In this document: positions 48,186 through 57,719 of the stretch, piece by piece | Position numbering within the stretch: the first letter of the stretch is position 1 | How the letters are laid out: each line of letters begins with the position of its first letter | DNA from: a virus | Taxonomy: Duplodnaviria > Caudoviricetes | Direction: 5' to 3' (one strand) | IMG/VR virus record: IMGVR_UViG_3300021963_000138 | Span: 1 to 61,432 of that record | Length of the DNA: 61,432 bases | Notes under the pieces: model-generated | What the model saw: the letters and a program-made list of their open reading frames with translations, nothing else | The model's database searches: none | What the model was told of the DNA's origin: nothing | Translations under genes and position numbers: made by a program

Positions 48186-48199
48186 ATAGCTTTATAGCG

Positions 48200-48206
48200 A
48201 TAAATA
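48200..48206 (+). promoter_or_regulatory. Putative late promoter ATAAATA
   Basis: 22 nt upstream of ATG 48229. Confidence 0.5.
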
Positions 48207-48228
48207 ATAGTTAGAACGGAGTATATCA

Positions 48229-49983
48229 ATGGCATATCAAGTAGACAAATTTAATGGAACTTTTCTAGTCTCAGTTGACGACGGAACCATTGATACCACC
48301 ACTGATCTACGCTTTGTAGGAAAAAACTACGCAGGCTACGGCGAAGTACAAAACGAAAATTTCTTGCATTTAATGGAAAATTTTGCAAATACTTCTGCAC
48401 CACCCAAGGCAGTTACTGGGCAAATTTGGTATGATAGCGGCAATAAAAAAATACGTTTCTATGATGGCGCACGATTTAGAACAGCCAGCGGCGCAGAAAT
48501 AGGCCCAACAGCACCGTCTGGATTACAGTCAGGCGATTTTTGGTTTGACACTAGTGCTGAACAATTATATACGTGGAATGGTACTGAGTTTGTTTTAATT
48601 GGTCCAGAAACCCCACCTGATTTAGGTGCAAGTGCAGTGGTTTCACAAGTGGTAAAAGATACACTTGGTAATAACCACACTATTGTAAAATTCCAAGCAG
48701 GTGGTGATGTAATATCAATAGTTAGTAAAGATGCATTTACACTAAACAGCACAATTAATCCTATTACAGGATTCACCACAATTAAGAAAGGTGTTAATCT
48801 AGTTAACACTAATGGTACAACAGGAGTTACATCCACGGATCATTACTTCTGGGGTACCGCAAGCAATGCAGCAAGGCTTGGCGGATACCCAGCTTCGGAG
48901 TACATTAGACTTGGTGAAGTAGCATTTGATAATGAAATTTCTTTTAAAGATTCAGGTCTTACTATTGGTGATCAAAACGATCTGCGTATTAGAGTTGAAA
49001 ACGGCGATGAACCAGTAATTGAAAATCGGTTAGGCAATACAATTACTCTAAGAGTTAGAGTAAGCGACAGTGATTTGAGAAATGTAGGAATTATTTCTTC
49101 AACAGGAATGGTTCCAGGTACAACTAATTTCTTTAATTTAGGATCAACCGCGTCTAGATGGGCTAATGTCTATTCTACAACATTCACTGGAGATGTATTA
49201 GGTAATCTTACTGGTAATACACTAGGTATACATCGCGGAAATATATTAGCCAGCAGCGAGGCTCTAGCATTTAATGCTGCCACTCAAACATTTATAGGTA
49301 GTTTTACAGGTACACTTACCGGAAACGTAATTGGAAACATTACAGGTACAGCTACAAATTCACTGAGCTTAAACAGTCTAGTTGGAGAACAAACAGCGGT
49401 TGCAACTTCAGTAGCACTAAGAGACGGATCTGCTAATTTAACAGCAAATAGATTTATTGGAGTTACTGATAGATCCGATAGATTAAAAATTGATGATACA
49501 GCCGTGGACACTGATCCTAATTATAGGTCAGCTAAAACTACAAAAACAGCCAACACCATTGCGGCTAGAGACGGGGCTGGTAATTTATTAGCCAACACAT
49601 TTGATGGTACAGCAACAGCAGCACAGTATGCCGACTTAGCAGAAAAATATCTTGCTGATCAAGACTACGAAGTTGGAACAGTGGTTGCAGTTGGCGGAGA
49701 AAAAGAAGTTACTGCAGCCAGATATGGTGATAGAGCAATTGGAGTAGTGTCTGCTAATCCGGGATTCATGATGAATAAGGATCTAGAAGGCGGAACATAC
49801 ATTGCACTAAAAGGTCGAGTACCAGTTAAAGTCACAGGTTCAGTACAAAAAGGTCAGCGACTAGTAGCCGCAAATGACGGCACAGCGGTAGCAGCGGTAC
49901 CTCATGCTAACGATGTGTTTGCAATTGCATTGGAATCTAACAATAATGTTGAAGTTAAAACAATAGAAGCATTGGTATTATAA
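48229..49983 (+). CDS. Tail fibre protein (paralog 4) with C-terminal intramolecular chaperone domain
   Basis: Shared N-terminus; ATAAQYADLAEKY...GVVSANPGFMMN..IALKGRVPVKV. Confidence 0.8.
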   Translation: MAYQVDKFNGTFLVSVDDGTIDTTTDLRFVGKNYAGYGEVQNENFLHLMENFANTSAPPKAVTGQIWYDSGNKKIRFYDGARFRTASGAEIGPTAPSGLQSGDFWFDTSAEQLYTWNGTEFVLIGPETPPDLGASAVVSQVVKDTLGNNHTIVKFQAGGDVISIVSKDAFTLNSTINPITGFTTIKKGVNLVNTNGTTGVTSTDHYFWGTASNAARLGGYPASEYIRLGEVAFDNEISFKDSGLTIGDQNDLRIRVENGDEPVIENRLGNTITLRVRVSDSDLRNVGIISSTGMVPGTTNFFNLGSTASRWANVYSTTFTGDVLGNLTGNTLGIHRGNILASSEALAFNAATQTFIGSFTGTLTGNVIGNITGTATNSLSLNSLVGEQTAVATSVALRDGSANLTANRFIGVTDRSDRLKIDDTAVDTDPNYRSAKTTKTANTIAARDGAGNLLANTFDGTATAAQYADLAEKYLADQDYEVGTVVAVGGEKEVTAARYGDRAIGVVSANPGFMMNKDLEGGTYIALKGRVPVKVTGSVQKGQRLVAANDGTAVAAVPHANDVFAIALESNNNVEVKTIEALVL

Positions 49984-49992
49984 GGATAAAAT

Positions 49993-50901
49993 ATGGCAAT
50001 CGGTGATTTCATTTCCGCAACGGACTACAATACAATTAGAACTAAAATTATCAATGTTATGAGCACTGGCTCTGGAAATTTTGGTTATGGTCAAACAACA
50101 TTTAGTTCTTTAGTTGCAGCCGGAAATACTGTGACAAAAACACAGTGGGATGCGCTTCGATTTGACATCTACAATGCAATCCTTCATCAAACAGGATCAG
50201 CTGCTTCTTTAGTTCAGGTAGCAGTAGGAGACGTTATTAGATATGGTGCAAGCAATCCAAATACACAATATGATACTGTTGCTAATACTGCAATTACTAA
50301 CCGTTTTGATTTAGGTACAGGACAATTTGTAACAGAAGCTATTGACAGTAAGTCTTTCTCTTCATCATGGTATCAATCTATCAGTGCTACGGCATCAGTT
50401 AGCTTTGCTACAGCAGAACAGGCTAGATTCTTTTTTAATGCAGGCGGCAAAATACGATTTGCTAGTTCAAGATCGGGCGGATCTGGGGTTGCACAAAATA
50501 CTTCTTGGAGTAATTTGTTAAGCAGTGCCGGCACACAATCCTTTGTTGGCGGTCCGTCGGGTATTAATTTCTTTTCATTGACTAGCTCTTTTCAAACATT
50601 TTCTGAAACAGCAGGAACTAGTGCGTACACCAATAACAAATGGCGTTTAGAAGCGTCATGCAACGTTGCTAACAATGCATCAGGAACTGCTAATGTAGTC
50701 AATTTTAGAATAACATGGATAGACGCATATGTTGATCCAGGTCCGGCAACCCCAGAAAATTTACCTCCTGGGGATCTAGTAGACGGTACATTTACTCTTA
50801 CAGTTGATCAAGTTCGCCCATCGGGATTTCTGCAACCCAGCGGTACATTTACAACTGTTGGACCAACTTCTACTTCAGTAAGCGCAATCTCGGGTTCATA
50901 A
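49993..50901 (+). CDS. Putative virion structural protein (fibre-associated)
   Basis: S/T/G/A-rich and beta-rich; ISATDYN..GYGQ..QWDAL..ARFFFNAGGKIRF; follows the fibre genes. Confidence 0.55.
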   Translation: MAIGDFISATDYNTIRTKIINVMSTGSGNFGYGQTTFSSLVAAGNTVTKTQWDALRFDIYNAILHQTGSAASLVQVAVGDVIRYGASNPNTQYDTVANTAITNRFDLGTGQFVTEAIDSKSFSSSWYQSISATASVSFATAEQARFFFNAGGKIRFASSRSGGSGVAQNTSWSNLLSSAGTQSFVGGPSGINFFSLTSSFQTFSETAGTSAYTNNKWRLEASCNVANNASGTANVVNFRITWIDAYVDPGPATPENLPPGDLVDGTFTLTVDQVRPSGFLQPSGTFTTVGPTSTSVSAISGS

Positions 50902-50907
50902 ATGTTA

Positions 50908-50955
50908 ATCTCCTAAAAAACATCACATAAATAATGTGCGTGTTTTATAGGAGAT
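50908..50955 (+). promoter_or_regulatory. RBS-sequestering hairpin with a late promoter (ATAAATA 50927-50933) at its apex
   Basis: Stems ATCTCCTA/TAGGAGAT, AAAACA/TGTTTT and CACAT/ATGTG with loop AAATA; the 3' arm contains the AGGAG RBS of ORF 50959. Confidence 0.7.
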
Positions 50956-50958
50956 ATT

Positions 50959-51309
50959 ATGGACGACCGTCTAAAAGCAGCCTTGGATTTTTCAAATTAT
51001 AGGCAAACTCTAGCAATTCAAAGAAAAACCCTAAAAGAAAAAATTGAGGGCAAGTTGACCTATGGCCACTCCGGCGGAATATTTAAAATTGACAGAACAT
51101 TATTAGTCTTTGTTCAAATGTTAATTGATCAGGGCAGAACTGAAAACATTCCCTTAATCGATCAAAATGAAAATCCTGTCCTTATTGCTAATCTACTAGA
51201 ATTTCGAGATGAAATACTAGATAGATATTTTACATCTACCTATGAGTATCACAAAGAATACCAAAAGATTAAATCTAGTAGAACTGTAGAAAAATTATTG
51301 AATGTATGA
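50959..51309 (+). CDS. Hypothetical protein, first gene of the glycosyltransferase cluster
   Basis: 116 aa; strong RBS; stop overlaps the next start. Confidence 0.75.
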   Translation: MDDRLKAALDFSNYRQTLAIQRKTLKEKIEGKLTYGHSGGIFKIDRTLLVFVQMLIDQGRTENIPLIDQNENPVLIANLLEFRDEILDRYFTSTYEYHKEYQKIKSSRTVEKLLNV

Positions 51310-52166
51310 ATAAAGGCATCTTAATTTTTGCTCACAACGGTCCTGAAGTAGATTATGGTACCATGAGTATAATTGCTGGCGGTCTAGCAAAAAAACATTT
51401 AGGATTACCAGTAAGTCTAGTTACAGATAAATGGACAATTGCTTGGCTTAAAGAATCTAATATGTATGCAAAGGCCGAGTCAGTGTTTGATAAAATTATT
51501 GAAATTGAAAAGCCTCGAACAAAAAATACAAGAAAACTACATGATGGATTTCACAGTCAAGTAATTCCCTTTGTTAACTCGAATAGATTTTCAGTCTGGG
51601 ATATTAGCCCCTATGATCAAACTTTATTAATCGATAGCGATTATTTAATTTTTTCTGATCGATTAAACGAGTATTGGAATGTAGATAGTAGTGTAATGTT
51701 AGGACATTCAATGAATGACATTACTGGAGAACGCAGTGGTATATTAGATCAACGAGTTAGCGAAACTGGGGTTCACATGTTTTGGGCCACTACTGTAATG
51801 TTTACTAAAAACGAAGAAAGTCGTTTCTTTTTTAAATTAGTAGACTTTGTCAAAGACAACTATGTATACTATGCTGATTTGTTTAGATTTAATCCTAAAC
51901 AATATAGAAATGACATTGCATTTAGTGTTGCTAAACATATAATGAACGGATTTGAAACAGAGTTCATTTATACATTACCTCCTATACTAACAGTTTTTGA
52001 CAAAGACATGTTAGAGTCTGTAGAAGATACTAAACTAACTTTTTTAATTGACAAACCTCTTAATTGCGGTGAGTTTTGGGCTGCTACTACAAATGGCCTA
52101 GATGTACACATTATGAATAAACAAAGTATAATGAGACACAAAGAAAAATTACTGGAGTTAATATGA
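51306..52166 (+). CDS. GT-A fold glycosyltransferase-like protein (GT8-like)
   Basis: KGILIFA..VSLVTD..SPYDQTLLIDSDY (DxD)..FWATTVMF..RNDIAFS. Confidence 0.7.
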   Translation: MNKGILIFAHNGPEVDYGTMSIIAGGLAKKHLGLPVSLVTDKWTIAWLKESNMYAKAESVFDKIIEIEKPRTKNTRKLHDGFHSQVIPFVNSNRFSVWDISPYDQTLLIDSDYLIFSDRLNEYWNVDSSVMLGHSMNDITGERSGILDQRVSETGVHMFWATTVMFTKNEESRFFFKLVDFVKDNYVYYADLFRFNPKQYRNDIAFSVAKHIMNGFETEFIYTLPPILTVFDKDMLESVEDTKLTFLIDKPLNCGEFWAATTNGLDVHIMNKQSIMRHKEKLLELI

Positions 52167-53005
52167 ACTTTGGTTATCTGATCGTAGTCGCTTCGAATCC
52201 AGATGTAGATTATCTCAAACTGGCCTATGCATTAGCGTTGAGTATTAAAAATACTCAGAAACCCGGATATGATAAAGTTGCACTAGTAATAGACAATCCG
52301 TCATTAGTTGAAAGTTTAAAAAGTCCTTGGGTGTTTGATCATGTTATTCATTGGGATAAAGAAACATATTGGGATGGCCGAAGCTATATGGATCAACTGA
52401 GTCCTTTTGATAATACAGTTTGCCTTGATGCCGACATGTTATTCTTAAGAGATCATAGTCATTGGATTGATTACTTTGTAGAAAATTCTGAACTATATGT
52501 TCCTGCTAGAGCATTTACCTACAGAGGCGAAGTAGTTACTAACGATTACTATCGTAAAACATTTACAAAAAATAATTTACCTAATCTGTACTCGATGTTT
52601 ACATTTTTTAAGAAAGATTCTGCTTTTGCAAAAGAATTTTTTGATCTAGGTAGGTACATTATAAAAAACCCTATAGAGTTTAGCAATTTGTATTTGAACA
52701 AACAAAAACCAAAAGTTGTCGGTACAGATGAGGCGTTTGCATTAAGTGCTAAAATTTTAGATATCGATGGCGAAATTAGTTATGATTTAGAGTTTCCGAA
52801 TATTGTTCACATGAAACCTATGATACAAAATTGGCCGTGGACCGCAGATCGAGTTACTGAACATGCAGGATTCTATTTCAGTACTTCCGGAAATTTAAAA
52901 ATTGGAAATTATCAGCAGCACGGCATCGTACACTATGTTGAAAAAGATTTAATAAATGACGAAATTGTCAGCATGTTAGAGGAGATCGCATGGGACAAGA
53001 ACTAA
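52163..53005 (+). CDS. GT-A fold glycosyltransferase-like protein (paralog of the previous gene)
   Basis: FGYLIVV..YLKLAYALALSIK..SPFDNTVCLDADM (DxD)..TDEAFAL..VHMKP..VHYVEK. Confidence 0.72.
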   Translation: MNFGYLIVVASNPDVDYLKLAYALALSIKNTQKPGYDKVALVIDNPSLVESLKSPWVFDHVIHWDKETYWDGRSYMDQLSPFDNTVCLDADMLFLRDHSHWIDYFVENSELYVPARAFTYRGEVVTNDYYRKTFTKNNLPNLYSMFTFFKKDSAFAKEFFDLGRYIIKNPIEFSNLYLNKQKPKVVGTDEAFALSAKILDIDGEISYDLEFPNIVHMKPMIQNWPWTADRVTEHAGFYFSTSGNLKIGNYQQHGIVHYVEKDLINDEIVSMLEEIAWDKN

Positions 53006-53580
53006 TGGATTTTGATGAATGGATTCAATTACCAGTTAATCAGACCGTTGAATATTATGCAACGTTTAAAGACGACGGTTCTTTAATAGGAGTTTATCCT
53101 TCTCATACAGTTGAAACCGTTATTAATAAAATAAAAATTGATGATGAAATAGCAACGGCGATTTCTAACGGCACTGAAAATTTATTTTCTTATAAAGTTG
53201 ATGTACCGACCCAAAAGCTTCTTAAGATAAACAAATTTTCAATGCACAATTTGATAAAAATTGATGATGTGTTGCATAGAATTATAGATAAAAAGTGGTC
53301 AAACATTGATGATCCAGATATCACAATTGCTTATAATGGTAGCGGAATATTAACATTTTCTATGAATCCACGATATGCTAACAATGTTATCTGGGACGGT
53401 GATACTGTTATGATTTTCTTAATAACTGAATACAATGATCCTAATGCATTAATCGAAATGATTAGTATCAGAGCAGGGGATATTACAGAAAATGCAAAAT
53501 CGTTTAATGTATTATTACCTAAAAAATTTAGTATCTATACAAGAAGAATTTTTGACAAATACGTATTTGAGGCAGAATGA
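52990..53580 (+). CDS. Hypothetical protein in the glycosyltransferase cluster
   Basis: 196-aa ORF overlapping both neighbours; no motif recognised. Confidence 0.65.
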   Translation: MGQELMDFDEWIQLPVNQTVEYYATFKDDGSLIGVYPSHTVETVINKIKIDDEIATAISNGTENLFSYKVDVPTQKLLKINKFSMHNLIKIDDVLHRIIDKKWSNIDDPDITIAYNGSGILTFSMNPRYANNVIWDGDTVMIFLITEYNDPNALIEMISIRAGDITENAKSFNVLLPKKFSIYTRRIFDKYVFEAE

Positions 53581-54488
53581 AAACAGTAGAATTAGACATT
53601 GTCTTTTTGAGTTATGACGAACCTAATGCAGATAAACACTATGCTGATCTGTGTAATAAATTACCTTGGGCAAAACGTGTTCACGGTGTAAAAGGCAGTG
53701 ATGCTGCCCATAAACGTGCTGCTGAATTATCAGAAACTGAATGGGTTATTACTGTTGATGCCGATAACATCGTTGACCCTAAGTTTTTCAATTTAGAAAT
53801 TGATACAAGTAATCCTAAAATACAAGTGTATAGTTGGCTAGGAAGAAATAAATTAAACGGATTACTTTACGGAAACGGTGGCCTAAAGATTTGGCGTAAG
53901 GATTTTATCCTTAACATGAAAACACACGAAGCCAGTGATAGCGATCGTGCTCAAGTTGATTTTTGTTGGGAAGATGGATATCGTCAATTTAAAGAATGTT
54001 ATAGCGAAACTGTTATTACCGGAAGTCCTTTTCAAGCATGGCGAGCAGGATTCCGTGAAGGTGTTAAAATGACCTTGCTTGACGGAGTTAAAGTTCCTCC
54101 TCAAGAAATCGGCGAACGGATTTGGTGGCATAACTTACACAGATTACGCATGTGGGCCACTGTTGGAGCTCATGAAGAACACGGACTATACGCTGTATAT
54201 GGTGCAAGATTAGGCACTTGGTTAGCAAATTGTACAGATTGGAATTATGTAGATGTTCGAGATTTTGAAATACTAAAAAACATTTATCACGATTACGGTA
54301 AGCCGTTTGAAGATGACAACGGCAGAGGCTTAGTTGAAGAGATTAAATCTATTGGAAGTAAAATTAAATTAGAATTGGGGTTTGACTATCCTTATCTAGA
54401 TAGCCAACAAAGCAAGTATACCTTAGATTTGTACGAAGAAACTATTAAATTAACAAATACATATATGAGGGCAACCGATGGTCTATGA
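53577..54488 (+). CDS. GT2-like glycosyltransferase
   Basis: DIVFLSYDEPNAD..RVHGVKGSDAAH..ITVDADN (DxD)..YGNGGLK..AWRAGFREGVK. Confidence 0.7.
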   Translation: MKTVELDIVFLSYDEPNADKHYADLCNKLPWAKRVHGVKGSDAAHKRAAELSETEWVITVDADNIVDPKFFNLEIDTSNPKIQVYSWLGRNKLNGLLYGNGGLKIWRKDFILNMKTHEASDSDRAQVDFCWEDGYRQFKECYSETVITGSPFQAWRAGFREGVKMTLLDGVKVPPQEIGERIWWHNLHRLRMWATVGAHEEHGLYAVYGARLGTWLANCTDWNYVDVRDFEILKNIYHDYGKPFEDDNGRGLVEEIKSIGSKIKLELGFDYPYLDSQQSKYTLDLYEETIKLTNTYMRATDGL

Positions 54489-56484
54489 TGTTTTTTATGT
54501 AAGCAAAAATATTATTGATGAGCAAGATTGGAAACAATTTCGTTCTAGATTTCCATCTGCTCAAAAAATTGAGAATGTAAAATCTTTTAATGACATTAGA
54601 AAGAAAGCATTTACAAAGTTATTCTGGGTAGTTTGGGACGATTTAGAAATTGTTGAAAATTTTGATTTTAGCTATCGGGTTTCAGAATGGGATCAAAATT
54701 ATATCCACGTTTGGTTAAATGCCACTTCATATGACGGAGTTGTCTTGTTTGGTAAAAATTCTGAACCAACTCAAAAAGAATTTGAACACAGATTTTTTAC
54801 TAACAAAAAAGAAATTTCTGTTGTAGCAAGTATTCCTAAGCATTACGATCAATTTGTTATTTCTAATTATAATGATTATTTAAACGCATTAGATACAACA
54901 CGCACTGAGATGTTTTGGGGCATCTGGAACAACGTCGAAGTTATTAATCAAAAAATATTTAACACCTATTTTAGTCATCACGCCAGACAAAGCAGAATTG
55001 AAAATCATGTTTTTAAAAATGTATGCAATGATCGAGAATCGTTTGTTAACGGAGTTGTTCTGTTCAGTAAAAATACTGTTGTGTCTCAAAAAGAGATTGA
55101 CTATAAATTTTTAATCAATAAAAAAGAATACGACATTATAGCAAGTCAAAATAGATATCCTAGATATATAATTTCTACCTACGACGAATATTTAAATATT
55201 TGTAAAACAGAAACACAATCGTTGTTCTGGTGCGTTTGGCCGGATATTGATATTACTGATAACACAATTTTTGATTTTTACTTTGATCCGTTTAACGGCG
55301 AATATGATTATGATAGAACAGTGAATCATATGTTTAAAAATCAAGTGGGCAGTGAAGAATCTTTCATCAGTGGTCTTGCATTATGCTCCCCAAGTAAACC
55401 TGTATCTAAGAAAGAAATTGAACATAGATTTTTCATGGACAAAAAAGAACACGATCGAGTAGTAAGTAGTGCTAGGCCGTATGAAAAATTTGTTATCAAT
55501 ACTTTCAAAGACTACGAATATGCTATGGCCGCCACCACAACAGATATGTTCTGGATGATTCCGCCAGAAGTTGAACCGTTAGATGATTTTAAATTTGATC
55601 TATATTTTCCCTATCAGAACAATTACGAACGTGGAATAAATCACGTTTTTAAAAATAAGGATGTAGAAGAAAACAAATACAACGGCATTATGCTGTTGTC
55701 AAAAAAAGCATCAGTGTCTTTGAGAGAAATTGAATATAGATATTTGATTGAAAAGAAAGAATATGACATTGTAGCAAGTGAACTTAAATTATATGACATC
55801 GTGTTTATCAGCTATAATGAACCTAATGCTGACGAAAACTATAAAACATTGTGTGATAGATTTCCTAGAGCAAAGAGAGTGCATGGTATAAAAGGTATTC
55901 ATCAAGCACACATAGCTGCCGCAAAATTAGCAACTACTCCTATGTTTTGGGTAGTTGACGGTGATGCTGTTATAGAAGATAATTTTAAATTTGATCTATT
56001 ATTACACAAACATGATACTGACATTGTGCATGTGTGGCTAAGCCGCAATCCTATAAACGGATTAACATATGGTTATGGTGGCGTTAAGCTATTGCCTAAG
56101 CAATTGACAGAAAATATGGACTTGTCTAATACCAAGATTGATATGACAATGTCAATTAGTAATAAATTTAAAGTTGTACAAGAAGTTAGTAATATTACAG
56201 CATTCAATACAGATCCTTTTAGCACATGGAAATCAGCATTTAGAGAATGTGTAAAGTTAGCCAGTAGACCCGTTAACGCTGACTATCAAGAAGAAACTGA
56301 AGATAGATTAATTACTTGGTGTAATATTGGTACCGAAAAACTTCACGGAGAATACAGTATAGCAGGAGCTCGAGCTGGGAAACAATACGGGTTAGCACAC
56401 ATTGCTGATTCTGTACAACTAGCAAAAATTAATGATTTTGAATGGCTGCTAGAGCAATTTCAAAATCCATCGCCTCTTGCCTGA
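54478..56484 (+). CDS. GT2-like glycosyltransferase with four degenerate N-terminal repeats
   Basis: C-terminal domain is paralogous to 53577-54488 (DIVFISYNEPNAD, RVHGIKG, FWVVDGDA, YGYGGVK, WKSAFRECVK); preceded by ~100-aa repeats. Confidence 0.72.
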   Translation: MVYDVFYVSKNIIDEQDWKQFRSRFPSAQKIENVKSFNDIRKKAFTKLFWVVWDDLEIVENFDFSYRVSEWDQNYIHVWLNATSYDGVVLFGKNSEPTQKEFEHRFFTNKKEISVVASIPKHYDQFVISNYNDYLNALDTTRTEMFWGIWNNVEVINQKIFNTYFSHHARQSRIENHVFKNVCNDRESFVNGVVLFSKNTVVSQKEIDYKFLINKKEYDIIASQNRYPRYIISTYDEYLNICKTETQSLFWCVWPDIDITDNTIFDFYFDPFNGEYDYDRTVNHMFKNQVGSEESFISGLALCSPSKPVSKKEIEHRFFMDKKEHDRVVSSARPYEKFVINTFKDYEYAMAATTTDMFWMIPPEVEPLDDFKFDLYFPYQNNYERGINHVFKNKDVEENKYNGIMLLSKKASVSLREIEYRYLIEKKEYDIVASELKLYDIVFISYNEPNADENYKTLCDRFPRAKRVHGIKGIHQAHIAAAKLATTPMFWVVDGDAVIEDNFKFDLLLHKHDTDIVHVWLSRNPINGLTYGYGGVKLLPKQLTENMDLSNTKIDMTMSISNKFKVVQEVSNITAFNTDPFSTWKSAFRECVKLASRPVNADYQEETEDRLITWCNIGTEKLHGEYSIAGARAGKQYGLAHIADSVQLAKINDFEWLLEQFQNPSPLA

Positions 56485-57719
56485 TGCTCTTTAAAATTAT
56501 TTTTATTTGGTCTAGAGTTCCCTTTGTGAGTCCAGATCCTATCAATAGGACTATCTTCTCCACAAGTTTTAGCACAATACATTAGTTTATCATCGTCAGA
56601 CTTATTCCACGAATTTGCATAGACTAAATTAAGATGATTCTTTTCAATAATTTCTTCTAAAGAATATTTGTTTAGATTAAAATAGTCTTTACCGTAGTCT
56701 TCTATTTTTTTCTTAAGTTGTAAATTTTCAACAATGTTATGTGTAGTTCCGGACATAGTTCCTATATAACAGCAGGGAAAAATTTGTCCCGTACTACTGA
56801 CATAGATTTCTCTTAATCCGCCCCAAGTTTCAGATTTACAAGAAATAGTTTTGTTATTAGACTGCGTATAGTCAATGGGTTTTTCTTGAAAAGTTTTTCC
56901 GTCATACACTTTGATTGCTTCATTATGCGGATCAATAATTTCTTTTTTATAGATAGTTATAATTGAAGTATTGACTTCTGGTAATAGATCAGTAAGAACT
57001 CTATTTTTTGTATAGTTTCTATTGTCTAAATCTTCGGGAGGTTCTAACCAGTACTGAAAATCACCTTCTTTGTTTAATGCTGCTACTCGAACTAGATCAT
57101 CGTTAAAATATTCAAACCCTAATGCTTTCTTTGGTGCAAAATTATTAAATCCTAATTCTTCTGATAATTTTTTAGCTTCCTGTATTTGGTGTTCGTTATG
57201 TTTGAAAATTAAATAATCCCAAGCAGCATTTCCGCCAGCACCAATATAGGCCTTTACATTACGCATTAATGTTGTCCAGTCTACGTTTCTTCTATACAAG
57301 TGATTGGTATCTTCTAATCCGTCGATTGAAAAAATAATGCGTAGGCGTTTATCAAACTTTTTAGATACGGCTCCGAGGTGTGCCCAATTTGATTCGTTTC
57401 TAATGCCACCGTTGGTGTTAAATGTGATATAGATTTTTTCGTTGTTTTCGTAAATATAGTCAACTATTTTAAAAACATCTTTGGCCATCATTGGATCGCC
57501 GACTGTACCGCAGAACATAAAATGATTTAGTTTTGCAATAAGCTCAGGTTTAAACCATTCTTTAAATTGATCAATGGTAATTTGTGCAAGTTCTAAGTCA
57601 GGTCTAACAATCTCACTGCCTTGATAGTATCGAGGGCACATAGGGCATGCCGCATTACAATAGCTAGAAAGTTCAACGTGAATTTGTGCTAATAATTCTT
57701 TATTCCAAAAGTTGTTCAT
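56460..57719 (-). CDS. Radical SAM protein with C-terminal SPASM/twitch-like domain
   Basis: CNAACPMC, CGTVGDP, FSIDG; C-terminal ISCK..IYVSSTGQIFPCC..CAKTC. Confidence 0.9.
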   Translation of the reverse strand: MNNFWNKELLAQIHVELSSYCNAACPMCPRYYQGSEIVRPDLELAQITIDQFKEWFKPELIAKLNHFMFCGTVGDPMMAKDVFKIVDYIYENNEKIYITFNTNGGIRNESNWAHLGAVSKKFDKRLRIIFSIDGLEDTNHLYRRNVDWTTLMRNVKAYIGAGGNAAWDYLIFKHNEHQIQEAKKLSEELGFNNFAPKKALGFEYFNDDLVRVAALNKEGDFQYWLEPPEDLDNRNYTKNRVLTDLLPEVNTSIITIYKKEIIDPHNEAIKVYDGKTFQEKPIDYTQSNNKTISCKSETWGGLREIYVSSTGQIFPCCYIGTMSGTTHNIVENLQLKKKIEDYGKDYFNLNKYSLEEIIEKNHLNLVYANSWNKSDDDKLMYCAKTCGEDSPIDRIWTHKGNSRPNKNNFKEHQARGDGF

